From an uncultured candidatus Porisulfidus sp. (lineage in GTDB: Bacteria; Pseudomonadota; Gammaproteobacteria; Poriferisulfidales; Poriferisulfidaceae): 64,000 bases of DNA. A program made the translations under genes and the position numbers. The notes under the pieces are model-generated. The model saw only the letters and a list, made by a program, of their open reading frames with translations. It made no database searches and was not told where the DNA came from. Below are positions 19,812 to 29,691 of the stretch, one piece after another. Position 1 is the first letter of the stretch; the number at the start of each line of letters is the position of its first letter. Location: NCBI GenBank assembly GCA_965116025.1, contig OZ220480.1, positions 1,696,001-1,760,000 of the forward strand. The letters are read 5' to 3'.

Positions 19812-21212
19812 TCATGCGTTTGATATCGCGTCTCGCAAGCGTCGCAACGCGCGCTCCCTTCCGAGCAATACTAACGTATCCTCAATAGAGGGCGAGACCG
19901 TCCCTCCGGTCACGGCCACGCGTAGAGGCTGAGCGACCTTCCCGGGCTTGATCCCGCGCCGCTCCCATGTCGCTTTCACCAGGCGCCTCAGGGATTCCGC
20001 GGTCCAGTCGGCCCGTTTAATCTCTTCCGTCAGCTCGCGCAGAATGGCGAGAGAGTCTGGAGTCAGAAATTTCTCCTTCGCCTTTTCGTCCATTCCCAGA
20101 TCATCCAAGAGCATCCAGCGGCTTTGGGCAGCCATGTCCGCGACGTTGCGGCAGCGTTCGCGCTGGACCTCGACTAGCGCGTCGCGGGCCGAAGACTTCA
20201 GCGTGGCTGCACTTAGGCCTTGGCGAGCGCAATGCCATTCGAATTCCGCGTGGATCTCGCGGTCGGGCACGCGGCTCATCTGTTGCTGATTGACCCAGGC
20301 CATCTTTTTCGGGTCGACGCGGCTCGCGGCCGAATTCAGCCCGGACAGATCGAAACGTTGGATCAACTCCTCCACGGAAAAAATCTCATCGTCTCCATGC
20401 GCCCATCCTAGGCGCGCCAGGATGTTGACCATAGCCGTGGGGAGATACCCTCGCTCTCGATACTGAACCATGTTGGCGGCATCCTTCCGCTTTGACATTT
20501 TCTTCCCGTTCTCATCAAGAATGAGTGGCAAGTGCGTGTATTCCGGCGCTTTTCTTCCTAACGCGGAAAAGATATGGGCCTGGCGCGGGGTGTTGTTCAG
20601 GTGGTCGTCTCCTCGGATGACGCGCGTCACGCCCGAGTCCATGTCGTCCACCACGACGGCCAAATGATACGTCGCGCTCCCGTCCGCTCGAGCGATCACC
20701 AGGTCGTCCAGTTCGGAGTTGGAAAAGCGCAGCTCCCCTTTCAGGCTGTCCTGGATCACGACCTCGCCCTCAAGCGGGGTCTTGAAGCGAATGACCGACC
20801 GCGTCGAAAGCGGATTGCCCCGGTCTCGACAGTGGCGGTCATATCGCGGCTTGATTTTCTTCGCCATCTGCTCCTCCCGCAACCGCTGGAGGCGCTCCGG
20901 GGAACAGTCGCAATAGTACGCGTCTCCCTGGTCGACCAGTTGCTGAATGATTTCCCGGTATCTTTCCGACCTCCGCGACTGACGCGTCACCTCGCCATCC
21001 CAGTCCATGCCCATCCAGCGCAATATGGACATGATTTGGTGACGGTGCTCGTCCCGAGAGCGCTCTCGGTCGGTGTCCTCGATTCGCAAGACGAACTCCC
21101 CACCTTGATGTCGTGCATAAAGCCAGTTGTACAAAGCGGTGCGGGCTCCTCCCAAGTGCAGGGCCCCGGTCGGGCTGGGAGCGAACCGAGTGCGGACTAT
21201 GAAACTGGACAT
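19812..21212 (-). CDS. gltX: Glutamate-tRNA ligase
   Basis: RFAPSPTGALHLGG (HIGH), LRIEDTD, IRGDDHLNNT, KMSKR. Confidence 0.96.
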   Translation of the reverse strand: MSSFIVRTRFAPSPTGALHLGGARTALYNWLYARHQGGEFVLRIEDTDRERSRDEHRHQIMSILRWMGMDWDGEVTRQSRRSERYREIIQQLVDQGDAYYCDCSPERLQRLREEQMAKKIKPRYDRHCRDRGNPLSTRSVIRFKTPLEGEVVIQDSLKGELRFSNSELDDLVIARADGSATYHLAVVVDDMDSGVTRVIRGDDHLNNTPRQAHIFSALGRKAPEYTHLPLILDENGKKMSKRKDAANMVQYRERGYLPTAMVNILARLGWAHGDDEIFSVEELIQRFDLSGLNSAASRVDPKKMAWVNQQQMSRVPDREIHAEFEWHCARQGLSAATLKSSARDALVEVQRERCRNVADMAAQSRWMLLDDLGMDEKAKEKFLTPDSLAILRELTEEIKRADWTAESLRRLVKATWERRGIKPGKVAQPLRVAVTGGTVSPSIEDTLVLLGRERALRRLRDAISNA

Positions 21213-21309
21213 TTCGGGCGAATCGCGGAGATATGGAGAAAGCTAAAAATCGAGCGCCGATTCCAGATCGGATTGGTTCTGGCTTCGCGTTTGAAACGGT
21301 TCGGCGGGA

Positions 21310-22143
21310 TTATCCATAAATTTCCGTATAGCTCTGCACGAGATCGCCCTTGCGGAAGCCAGGAACCGAAGTTCCCGTATCACGCGCCAGGCGTTCATAG
21401 TCGAACGCGAGCAACCGATCCAGCGCTTTTCCGCTCGCCTGCAACAGCATCCATTGCTTGCTTTTCTCACAGGCTTCCGCCCGAGTTTCCCGGCGAGCGT
21501 AATTCTGCCATCCTTGGCAGGGCACCGCGAAACTGAATGGCGAATCAAAAACCTTCAGCGCCTCTTTCGTGTTGTTGTATTGACGCATCAAGAAATCCGG
21601 ATGCCTGATGGGCAGAGGGTTCGTTTGCCGAAGATCCCTCTCGACGTTCGCCCGCGTCCATATTTGAAAGATCGTGTTCACGTCGAAGGGTTTACCGTCC
21701 GCTAAGCGGAAAGCGTCCTTTGGCAATCTCATTTGCTTGGCGAGTTTCAGATCTTTTGGAAGTTTTTTGTGGATTGCGTGCTTGCGAAAGCACATCGGGA
21801 CGATGAACGCCACGGTGTCGGCGATCTCCGTGGCCTTGCGCAGGAAATCCACCGCGACGTTCCCGCGTTTCCCGAACGGAGGATTTCCAACCACCACTCT
21901 GGACGCGTTCCGCCCTCCACGCGGGCTCCATAGGAAAAAATCTCTTTTCATCAGTCCGCCACGCTTGGGATCTAGGTCAACGCCGACGCGTCTGTTTCTC
22001 GGCAACAGGTCATAGAAAGCTCCATCGCCTGCGGACGGCTCGATGAAATGCATATGGTCCCGCATTTCTCCAAGGTGCTCCAGCAACGCGTCGTAGCAAA
22101 GCCTCGCGTATTTTTCCTTCGTGTAGAACTGGTCGAGCGCCAT
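21310..22143 (-). CDS. Orphan SAM-dependent DNA amino-methyltransferase (probably N6-adenine)
   Basis: MALDQFYTK, motif I IEPSAGDGAF, motif IV VVGNPPFG, AFIVP; no endonuclease gene alongside. Confidence 0.8.
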   Translation of the reverse strand: MALDQFYTKEKYARLCYDALLEHLGEMRDHMHFIEPSAGDGAFYDLLPRNRRVGVDLDPKRGGLMKRDFFLWSPRGGRNASRVVVGNPPFGKRGNVAVDFLRKATEIADTVAFIVPMCFRKHAIHKKLPKDLKLAKQMRLPKDAFRLADGKPFDVNTIFQIWTRANVERDLRQTNPLPIRHPDFLMRQYNNTKEALKVFDSPFSFAVPCQGWQNYARRETRAEACEKSKQWMLLQASGKALDRLLAFDYERLARDTGTSVPGFRKGDLVQSYTEIYG

Positions 22144-22351
22144 GCTTTCCAAACCTCTGGTCGGTAATCCGCCACCGCGCACCTCGGCGGGCGTTATCTC
22201 TCATTTTATAGTTCCTTGCCAAGCTCCGTCGTCTAGCTTGAAACTGCGAAGGTTCGAGGGAGCGTTTGGCTTCGCGTTCTCTGCTTGGAAATTGGCGCTC
22301 GCCCACACGTGGCCGTCTATTAGAATGGGGCTTCGCATCACGCGCAAAGTT

Positions 22352-23446
22352 ATGTTTCTCGACGCGTACGAAGAGCAAATCGCCCGGAGGAGGTACACGG
22401 CCGACCCGGCGCAACAGGCGGCCGCCCGGCAGTTCCAGCGCGTGTTCGATCATCTCACGCGCAACTCTCGCGCCAAGGCATTGATCAAGGATCGGCTACG
22501 GCGGTTGAAATCCAACCCGGATGAATCGACCGCGGGCCTGTGGCTGTGGGGTTCGGTTGGAAGTGGAAAGACGTACCTGATGGATATGTTTTTTCACTCT
22601 TTGCCTTTGCGCAAGAAGCGACGCTTGCACTTCCATCGCTTCATGCGGCAAATCCACCATGAGCTCGAGGGTCTGCGAAATCGGCGCGACCCCGTCGATC
22701 TCATCGCCGCCCAGATGGCGAAACGATATCGCGTCCTCTGCATCGATGAGTTTTTCGTCTCGGATATCACGGACGCCATGATCTTGGGGGGATTGCTAGA
22801 AGGCATGTTTCGGCGGCGGGTCACCGTGGTGGCCACCTCCAATTCGGCTCCAGATGACCTTTACGCGGGCGGGTTGCAGAGAGAGCGATTCCTACCCGCG
22901 ATCAATCAGATCAAGAAGCGCATGATGGTATACGAGCTAGCGACCTCCCGCGATTATCGTCTGCAGCATCTCGACCAGACCAAGACCTATTGCGTCACCG
23001 GTAACGGAACCGCGGAGGCCACGCTCGAGGATCATTTTCGGCATATGGCTTCCGATCTGGTGCGCGACCAGACGACGATCGAGGTCGAGGACCGGACCAT
23101 TCCGGTCAAGCGTCTGTCGCACGATGCCATTTGGTTCGATTTTAACGATCTGTGCCAATCGCCGCGTTGCGTTCGCGACTACATATCGATCGCGCGATGC
23201 TTCCACACCGTGCTGGTTTCCGGCGTCCCGACGTTCGATTCCTCGATGGAGGACAGCGCCCGGCGCTTCATCGAGATGATCGACGAGTTCTATGATCGCA
23301 ACGTGACCTTGATCGTTTCCGCCGCCGCCGAGCCGGATAAGTTGTACCGAGGAAAACGCCTGCGGCGCGAATTCGAGCGGACCGCGAGCCGTTTGCATGA
23401 GATGCGCGGCCACGCGTACTTGGGCCGCTCGCGTCGTCTCCATTAG
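22352..23446 (+). CDS. zapE: Cell division ATPase ZapE (AFG1 family); start uncertain
   Basis: DPAQ, GLWLWGSVGSGKTYLMDMF, HFHRFM, DEFFVSDITDAMIL, TSN, RRFIEMIDEFYD, FERTASRLHEM. Confidence 0.92.
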   Translation: MFLDAYEEQIARRRYTADPAQQAAARQFQRVFDHLTRNSRAKALIKDRLRRLKSNPDESTAGLWLWGSVGSGKTYLMDMFFHSLPLRKKRRLHFHRFMRQIHHELEGLRNRRDPVDLIAAQMAKRYRVLCIDEFFVSDITDAMILGGLLEGMFRRRVTVVATSNSAPDDLYAGGLQRERFLPAINQIKKRMMVYELATSRDYRLQHLDQTKTYCVTGNGTAEATLEDHFRHMASDLVRDQTTIEVEDRTIPVKRLSHDAIWFDFNDLCQSPRCVRDYISIARCFHTVLVSGVPTFDSSMEDSARRFIEMIDEFYDRNVTLIVSAAAEPDKLYRGKRLRREFERTASRLHEMRGHAYLGRSRRLH

Positions 23447-23491
23447 ATGTGCGGTATTATTTTCTCTCACCCTGCCCGAAAAGGACCAGTT

Positions 23492-24475
23492 ATGACGAAC
23501 ACGCCTAAGCGAATCGCCATCACCGGCGCGGCCGGCAACATCGCGTATCAGGCCATGTTCCGAATCGCGGCTGGCGAGTTTTTGGGAGACCAGCAACCGG
23601 TCGCCCTGAGCCTGATCGATATTCCGCCCGCCATGCCGTCGCTCGGCGGCACCGCTATGGAGCTAGAGGATTGCGCCTTCCCTCTGCTACGTGGCGTCTC
23701 GCTAAGCGCTGACGTCGAGGAAGGCTTCGGTGATGCCGACTATGTGTTCATGTTCGGGTCGCGTCCGCGTGGAAAAGGCATGGAGCGAAGCGACCTGATT
23801 CGGGAAAATGGAAAGATCTTCGGTCCCCAGGGCAAGGCCATCAACGACTGCGCGCGCCGCGATGTCCGGGTTCTGGTCATCGGAAATCCGGCCAACACCA
23901 ACGCGTTGATCGCCCTGCGTCACGCTCCAGACCTCGACCCGCGCCAGTTCTCCGCGATGACCCGCTTGGACCACGAGCGCTCTCGCTCGATGCTGGCGAG
24001 AAAGATTGGCGAGCCGGTGGCCAACATCGCTCGCATGACGGTCTGGGGGAATCATTCCCCGGAGATGTTTCCCGACATCGGCTACTGCACGGCATCTGGA
24101 ACCCCGGCCCGAGACTTGGTGGACGCGGACTGGTATCGGGGAGAGTTCATTCCGGCGATCCAGCAGCGTGGAGCCAAGGTCATTGAGGCGCGCGGCGCCT
24201 CCTCCGCCGCCTCGGCCGCGAACGCGGCCATCCTGCACATGCGCGACTGGGTTCGAGGAACGCCAAAAAACGACTGGGTCAGCATGAGCGTGCTCTCGGA
24301 CGGCTCGTATGGCGTGGCGGAAGGAATCGTGTTCTCTTTTCCCTGCCAATGCTCGGAGGCCGAATACTCGATCATGTCCCAGCTGGAGCTGGACGCGGTC
24401 GGGCGCGAGCGGATCAAGGCGAACGAGGCTGAGTTGCTGAGCGAGCGCGACGCGGTCGCCGACTTGCTTTCTTGA
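23492..24475 (+). CDS. mdh: Malate dehydrogenase (MDH type 2)
   Basis: [60 protein letters not shown]. Confidence 0.95.
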   Translation: MTNTPKRIAITGAAGNIAYQAMFRIAAGEFLGDQQPVALSLIDIPPAMPSLGGTAMELEDCAFPLLRGVSLSADVEEGFGDADYVFMFGSRPRGKGMERSDLIRENGKIFGPQGKAINDCARRDVRVLVIGNPANTNALIALRHAPDLDPRQFSAMTRLDHERSRSMLARKIGEPVANIARMTVWGNHSPEMFPDIGYCTASGTPARDLVDADWYRGEFIPAIQQRGAKVIEARGASSAASAANAAILHMRDWVRGTPKNDWVSMSVLSDGSYGVAEGIVFSFPCQCSEAEYSIMSQLELDAVGRERIKANEAELLSERDAVADLLS

Positions 24476-24489
24476 TCGACCGAAGGGAT

Positions 24490-26241
24490 TTATTCCGCTC
24501 GGGAAGCGAGGACCTCCACCCGCACGGTCACGATATCCGCGTCGTGGTATTGCTGGTGACGGACCGAAGACGCGAGGTGCTGGAGCAAGCGCAGAGAGAC
24601 TTCGCGCTCGACGTGAGGCGACACGGTTTTTTGGCCGAGCAAGGCGATGCGGTCCTGAAGGTTCCCCTCTCCCGCGGCGGCGACGAGTTCGAGAACCGCC
24701 TCATCGCCTTCCTTGCGGGCGGTCAAGAGCAGGCGCCGTCCGTCGACCTCCTCACCTTCCCGCTCGCGCAGCGTCAGCAACGTCTCTTCGGTGACCGCGT
24801 AAAGACGATCCAGCATTCCTTCGTCCCAGCCATGCCTGGTAGCGAATTCGCGCAGAAATTTCTTGATCTCGGGCAACAGCGAGATGTCGAGACCGCCCTC
24901 GATTCGGTGGCGACGAGGTTTCGTCAGTTCCATGAACAGCGTCATGAGGATGGCGAGGAGGCCGCCAGCAGTGATTCCGTTGGTCAGCAGGCCCCCCGCG
25001 AAGTCCTTGACGTATTCAGGATAGATCAAGCCGTTTTGCAACCCGACTCCAGCCCAGAAGGAGACCCCGACGATCAAGGCCGTTCGATAGTCGATTCCGT
25101 CTTGGACCGCCACTCTCATGCCCACCACGAAGAGCAAAGCCAGCAACACGCTGATGTACGCGCCGGCGACCGGGCCAGGGATCGCCAGAATGACGGCGAG
25201 CGCCTTGGGGAGGAACGCCAGGGCCAGAAAAATCGCTCCAAGGGCGATTCCGACCTTGCGGGCTCCGACTCCGGTCAGCTCGGCGACGGAAACGCTGGTC
25301 GAATACGTCGTGTTCGGCATCGTTCCCGCGAGGCCAGACAGCAGGTTTCCGACCCCGTCCGCGGCCACCGTGCCCTGCACCGTCCGAAAGTCCACCGCTC
25401 GGGGGCGTCGCCAAGCGACGCGCTGGATGGCCACGGAATCCCCCACGGTTTCCACGGCCCCGACCAGAGTCACGAACACGAACGCGGGGGCGAGCGTCCA
25501 GAAAGTCGTCCCGAAGCTGAGATCGTAGCCAGGCCATCCGGCCTTGGGAAAGCCTAGCCACGTAGCCTCGGCGACGCGGCTCGCCTCGTAAAGGCCGAGG
25601 TATCCAGCGATTCCCGAGCCAACCGCGACCCCGATGACGGGAGCCCAGAGACGCAAGATCCCGGTCGCCTTCAGGGCGATTCCGCCCATGGTTATCAGGG
25701 TCGCGGCGGCGCATAGCGCGGCCGCCGACATGGGGGTCCCCTCAGGCACGTCGATCAGAAAATCGAAAACGATCGGCATGACGGTGACCGGCACCAGCAT
25801 GATGACCGTTCCCGCCACCGCAGGGGTCAGAACCTTTCGAAAGAGCGAGAGGCGCGCGGCGAGCGCGAACTGGAAAATTGACGATAAGGCGACCAAGGTG
25901 GCCAGCATCGCCGGCCCGCCTTCCGCGATGGCGGTGATGCAGATCGCGATGAACGCTCCGGACGGCCCCATAGCGAGCGTATAGCCCGCCCCAATTCGAC
26001 CGATCCGAACAGCTTGCAGGATCGTGGTGACGCCGCTGACGATGACGGTGGCGAAGACGATCCAAGACAGAAAGGTCTCGGTCGCTCCGGCAGCTCGAGC
26101 GACGATCGCCGGAGACAGGACGATACCGGCGATGCAGAGGATGGCGAGCTGCAGGCCGAAGCCGAAGGCGAGAGCGGTCGGCGGGTTCTCGTCGGGCTGA
26201 TAGCGGATGTTCGCGCGTCCGGCGGAACTCTTGGTGTCTAT
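24490..26241 (-). CDS. NCS2/SLC23 (xanthine/uracil permease family) transporter with a C-terminal degenerate RsbW-like domain; ATA start
   Basis: The frame stays open 90 codons upstream of the track's ATG (25971) and encodes NCS2 N-terminal features (IRYQPDENPP..FGLQL, SGVTTILQA..GRIGAGY). The core has TPAVAGTVI, VETVGD, ADGVGNLLSG, IPGPVAG. Begins at ATA preceded by GGAGG. Confidence 0.8.
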   Translation of the reverse strand: MDTKSSAGRANIRYQPDENPPTALAFGFGLQLAILCIAGIVLSPAIVARAAGATETFLSWIVFATVIVSGVTTILQAVRIGRIGAGYTLAMGPSGAFIAICITAIAEGGPAMLATLVALSSIFQFALAARLSLFRKVLTPAVAGTVIMLVPVTVMPIVFDFLIDVPEGTPMSAAALCAAATLITMGGIALKATGILRLWAPVIGVAVGSGIAGYLGLYEASRVAEATWLGFPKAGWPGYDLSFGTTFWTLAPAFVFVTLVGAVETVGDSVAIQRVAWRRPRAVDFRTVQGTVAADGVGNLLSGLAGTMPNTTYSTSVSVAELTGVGARKVGIALGAIFLALAFLPKALAVILAIPGPVAGAYISVLLALLFVVGMRVAVQDGIDYRTALIVGVSFWAGVGLQNGLIYPEYVKDFAGGLLTNGITAGGLLAILMTLFMELTKPRRHRIEGGLDISLLPEIKKFLREFATRHGWDEGMLDRLYAVTEETLLTLREREGEEVDGRRLLLTARKEGDEAVLELVAAAGEGNLQDRIALLGQKTVSPHVEREVSLRLLQHLASSVRHQQYHDADIVTVRVEVLASRAE

Positions 26242-26326
26242 GGCGCCTCCTGCGTCAGGCCTGCGGGGTTGGCCGGGAAGCGGAGAGATCCGCTTCCCGG
26301 CGTGTCGCGTGTTTTCCGCAGCGGCG

Positions 26327-27205
26327 TCAGTCTTTCAGGGTGACGCGATCCACGTTCGCCCATTCGGTCACGAAGTCGTGGATCAGGTCGACGACGGCGT
26401 CGGGGCGGTCTTCCAACACATAGTGTCCGGCCCGCTCGATTATCTCGAACCGGGTCGGTCCCGCGATGGCATCTTTCAGTCGCCGTCCTGACTCGACTGG
26501 CATCCAAGCGTCATGCAACGCCCAGCACACCATGGTCGGACAAGTGATCTTGCTGTGGTCGACGCTCATGGTCTCCTCGTTGCTTGGCTCCGAGCAGACG
26601 TGCACTAGTGATTTGAAGCCGGTCAGTCCCGGTCCTCGAGCCCAGAACGAGAGGTAGTTCTCTTTGACGTTCTTGTCGGTGAACGCGATCTTGTCGTGGC
26701 TCCCCATCAGCAACAACCCGTGAAATCCCGCCGCCGCCTGGCCCATGGCCTGCTGGAGAACCTCGTCCGAAGCTCCGGCCAGGGCGTTGAAGGCCTCCAC
26801 CTCAAGCACCGGCCAGTAGTCCCAGGCGACCGGGTTGATCAGGATCAGCCGACGGATCAGGTCCCCATACTTGGAAGCGAAGATCTGGCATGCTCCTCCT
26901 CCGTGGTCATGGCCGATCAAGATGACGTCTCCCGCGAGCCCTAGCCCCTCGATCACGGCCCTGATGGCTTCCGCTTGATTCGTCAAGGTGTGGGTGAATT
27001 TGTCGAGCGGCATGCTCGACTGGCCGTAGCCGACCATGTCCATCGCGTAGGTCTGGTAACGGTCAGACAAGCCTTCCTGCGCATGGCGCCACAGTCGGCT
27101 GTTCGTCGGTATGCCATGGACCATCAACAGGGCTGGACCGCTATCGCCTTTCTTCTCGATATGGATCTCAAGATCCAATCCTCCGACATTGATCGCTTGT
27201 TTCAT
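26327..27205 (-). CDS. Alpha/beta hydrolase (epoxide hydrolase / haloalkane dehalogenase-like)
   Basis: VHGIP oxyanion motif, DMVGYGQS, nucleophile elbow GHDHGGG (Asp), C-terminal AGHYVLED; TAAGGAGG RBS. Confidence 0.85.
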   Translation of the reverse strand: MKQAINVGGLDLEIHIEKKGDSGPALLMVHGIPTNSRLWRHAQEGLSDRYQTYAMDMVGYGQSSMPLDKFTHTLTNQAEAIRAVIEGLGLAGDVILIGHDHGGGACQIFASKYGDLIRRLILINPVAWDYWPVLEVEAFNALAGASDEVLQQAMGQAAAGFHGLLLMGSHDKIAFTDKNVKENYLSFWARGPGLTGFKSLVHVCSEPSNEETMSVDHSKITCPTMVCWALHDAWMPVESGRRLKDAIAGPTRFEIIERAGHYVLEDRPDAVVDLIHDFVTEWANVDRVTLKD

Positions 27206-27222
27206 GGAGTTCCTCCTTATGC

Positions 27223-27265
27223 GTATGATGATTCGCTGGGAAATTTTCCCGTATGATCATCATAC
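27223..27265. promoter_or_regulatory. Candidate operator: 7-1-7 palindrome plus a second partial copy
   Basis: gtatgat-c-atcatac at 27251-27265 and gtatgatgat at 27223-27232, directly upstream of the hydrolase RBS. Confidence 0.5.
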
Positions 27266-27441
27266 ATCACGATCCCCGCGGAATCTTCCGAAGGTTTTTC
27301 TCTACAGGAAGATCTCGCGCGCCCGCTTTTTGATTTCGAGAGGATGCGGTATGCCCTCGCCAAGCGCGGAGAGCGTTCCTTAAATCTCCGCCCGATTATC
27401 ATACGCTTGACCGTCCCGGAGCCAGCGACGATTTCCCGCCA

Positions 27442-28146
27442 ATGAGATTTCTCCTGATCGCCCTGATTCTGTTCGGGTTGTTCCTGTTTTTGCGATGGCA
27501 ATACCGGCAGTCTCCCCGTCATCTGTACACGTGGCTCGCCGCGCTCGCCGGCGTTGGGCTGATCGGTTTGGTCCTCACGGGACGGGCCCATTGGGCCGTT
27601 GGAGTGGTTGGCGGGCTTCTTCCGTTTCTCGGCAAGGTCGCGGCATTGCTTCGCTGGCTTCCGCTCCTGTCTTGGGCGCGTCGCGCCTACGGATCATCCG
27701 CCGCCATTCACCTGCGGACGGCGTGGCTGGATGTCACCGTCGACCGGAAAACCGGCGCGATGGACGGAATCGTGCGCCAAGGCGAATTCGCGAGGCGGAA
27801 GCTGTCCCAGCTCGATTTGTCGCAACTGGAGGGCCTGCTTAGGGATTGCCAGAGCGACCCGCGATCAGCCGCGTTGTTGCGAGCCTATCTATCGCGAACC
27901 CATGCGCGCTGGAGGGATAAGGAATCAGGCGGAAGCGCGGGTCCCGACGAATTCGAGGAGTCTGGAATGTCGGAGAAGACCGCAGCGCGGATCCTTGGCG
28001 TGCGGCTGGGAGCGGCGGAAGAGGAAATCCGGTCCGCCCACCGCGCTCTCGCCCAGAAACTCCATCCCGACCGTGGGGGAAATGACTACTTAGCTAGAAA
28101 AATCAATCAAGCGAGAGACGTTCTTATGAAAAAGGCCCGGCACTGA
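27442..28146 (+). CDS. Membrane-anchored protein with a C-terminal DnaJ (J) domain
   Basis: N-terminal TM helices; AARILGV...IRSAHRALAQKLHPDRGGNDYLARKINQARDVL. Confidence 0.85.
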   Translation: MRFLLIALILFGLFLFLRWQYRQSPRHLYTWLAALAGVGLIGLVLTGRAHWAVGVVGGLLPFLGKVAALLRWLPLLSWARRAYGSSAAIHLRTAWLDVTVDRKTGAMDGIVRQGEFARRKLSQLDLSQLEGLLRDCQSDPRSAALLRAYLSRTHARWRDKESGGSAGPDEFEESGMSEKTAARILGVRLGAAEEEIRSAHRALAQKLHPDRGGNDYLARKINQARDVLMKKARH

Positions 28147-28735
28147 TGGTGGAGCGCGTCCGGATTCTGGCCAGCATGAGAATGGCGAAGATCAAGGCGT
28201 ATATGATTGGCTCCAAGTAGTCCGCCCGAACCAGCCAGAAGTAGTGCACAATTCCGACCATCGTCGCGACGTAAATCAGGCGGTGTAACCGGTTCCAAGC
28301 ATTCCCAAGCGCCCGCTGGGCGCGGCGGGTGGAAGTCAGCGCCAATGGCGCCAGCAGAACGAAGGCCGTCATGCCCGCGGTGATGAATGGACGGTCCTGA
28401 ATATCTAGCCAAACCTCCGTCCAATCGAAGAATTTGTCAAACCAGAGATAGGTACCCAAGTGAAGGGACGCGTAGAAGAACGCGAACAGTCCGAGCATTC
28501 GGCGGTAGCGTAGCAACGCGGGCGCCTTCGCGACGCGAATCAAGGGCGTGACCAGCAGGGTTAGCAGCAAAAACCTCAGGGCCCAGGCGCCTGTTGACCG
28601 AGTCAGCGTCTCCAGTGGGTTGACTCCCAAGGTTTGCGCCCAGGCTCCATGCGCCAGCTCAAGCGCGGGCGCGAGGCAGAGCGAGAACAGCGCGGGCTTG
28701 ATCCACCGCGCGGTCGAAGGCGAACGCGCGCGCAC
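28124..28735 (-). CDS. msrQ: Methionine sulfoxide reductase heme-binding subunit MsrQ
   Basis: TGAWALRFLLLTLLVTP, RRMLGLFAFFYASLH, PLALTS, WNRLHRLIY. Confidence 0.93.
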   Translation of the reverse strand: MRARSPSTARWIKPALFSLCLAPALELAHGAWAQTLGVNPLETLTRSTGAWALRFLLLTLLVTPLIRVAKAPALLRYRRMLGLFAFFYASLHLGTYLWFDKFFDWTEVWLDIQDRPFITAGMTAFVLLAPLALTSTRRAQRALGNAWNRLHRLIYVATMVGIVHYFWLVRADYLEPIIYALIFAILMLARIRTRSTISAGPFS

Positions 28736-28740
28736 GCGCT

Positions 28741-29691
28741 TCAGAAATGTTCGCGCAGATCCATACCGCTATAGAGGTGCGCGACTTCCTCAGCATAGCC
28801 GTTGAACATCAACGTCTTTCGCTTTCGGAATTCCCCGATCCGGCGTTCGCGGCGCTGGCTCCAGCGCGGATGGCGGACTTCTGGGTTCACATTGGAATAG
28901 AAACCGTATTCTTGAGGAGCCGCGCGATTCCAGGCCGTTGGGGGCCGCGTCTCGACGAACTGGATCCGTACGATGGACTTGATGCTTTTGAAGCCGTATT
29001 TCCAAGGAACCACGATCCGGATGGGCGCGCCGTTCTGGTTGGGCAGGACCTGTCCGTACATGCCGACGGCTAGCAGCGTTAGCGGGTGCGCTGCCTCGTC
29101 GATGCGCAGACCCTCGACGTAAGGCCAGTCTAGAACGTCGCGCCGTTGCCCTGGCAGATTCTCTGGATCGAGAATCGTCTGGAAGGCCACATAGCGAGCC
29201 TTCGATGTTGGCTTCAGCTTCTTGAGCGTGACCGCCAGCGGCGTTCCCAGCCATGGGATCACCATCGACCATGCTTCCACGCAACGCAGTCGATAGATCC
29301 GCTCTTCCAGTTGATTCATCGACACTAAGTCCTCGACCGCGTACGTTCCCGGATTCTCGCAGTGTCCCCCCACCTCGACGGACCAAGGCTCGGTGATTAA
29401 GGCCGCCGCGTTGCGCGAGGGGTCCTTCTTTCCGTAGCCCAACTCGTAGAAGTTGTTGTAATGGGTTGCCGCGTGCATGGGCGTGATATCCTCCTTCGTG
29501 GAGTATGGACCGGAACGCGCCGCCTTAAGCGTCGGGCTGGCCTGAGTTGGCTTTCCCATCACCAGACCGCCCGCCAGTCCTACGGCTCCGGCCGCGCACT
29601 GCCGCATGAAGGTTCGGCGCCGTTTATAGAATCCCGGGTCCGTCACTGAGGATTCTTTCTCCCTTGAGCGCCGAGCGACTCGAATCAGCAT
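28741..29691 (-). CDS. msrP: Methionine sulfoxide reductase catalytic subunit MsrP (Tat-exported molybdoenzyme)
   Basis: RRTFM Tat motif, [54 protein letters not shown]. Confidence 0.95.
   Translation of the reverse strand: MLIRVARRSREKESSVTDPGFYKRRRTFMRQCAAGAVGLAGGLVMGKPTQASPTLKAARSGPYSTKEDITPMHAATHYNNFYELGYGKKDPSRNAAALITEPWSVEVGGHCENPGTYAVEDLVSMNQLEERIYRLRCVEAWSMVIPWLGTPLAVTLKKLKPTSKARYVAFQTILDPENLPGQRRDVLDWPYVEGLRIDEAAHPLTLLAVGMYGQVLPNQNGAPIRIVVPWKYGFKSIKSIVRIQFVETRPPTAWNRAAPQEYGFYSNVNPEVRHPRWSQRRERRIGEFRKRKTLMFNGYAEEVAHLYSGMDLREHF

Noticed and set aside
24472-25557. 361-aa + strand ORF following mdh
   Set aside because: Antisense shadow of the NCS2 permease, with no recognisable motifs.
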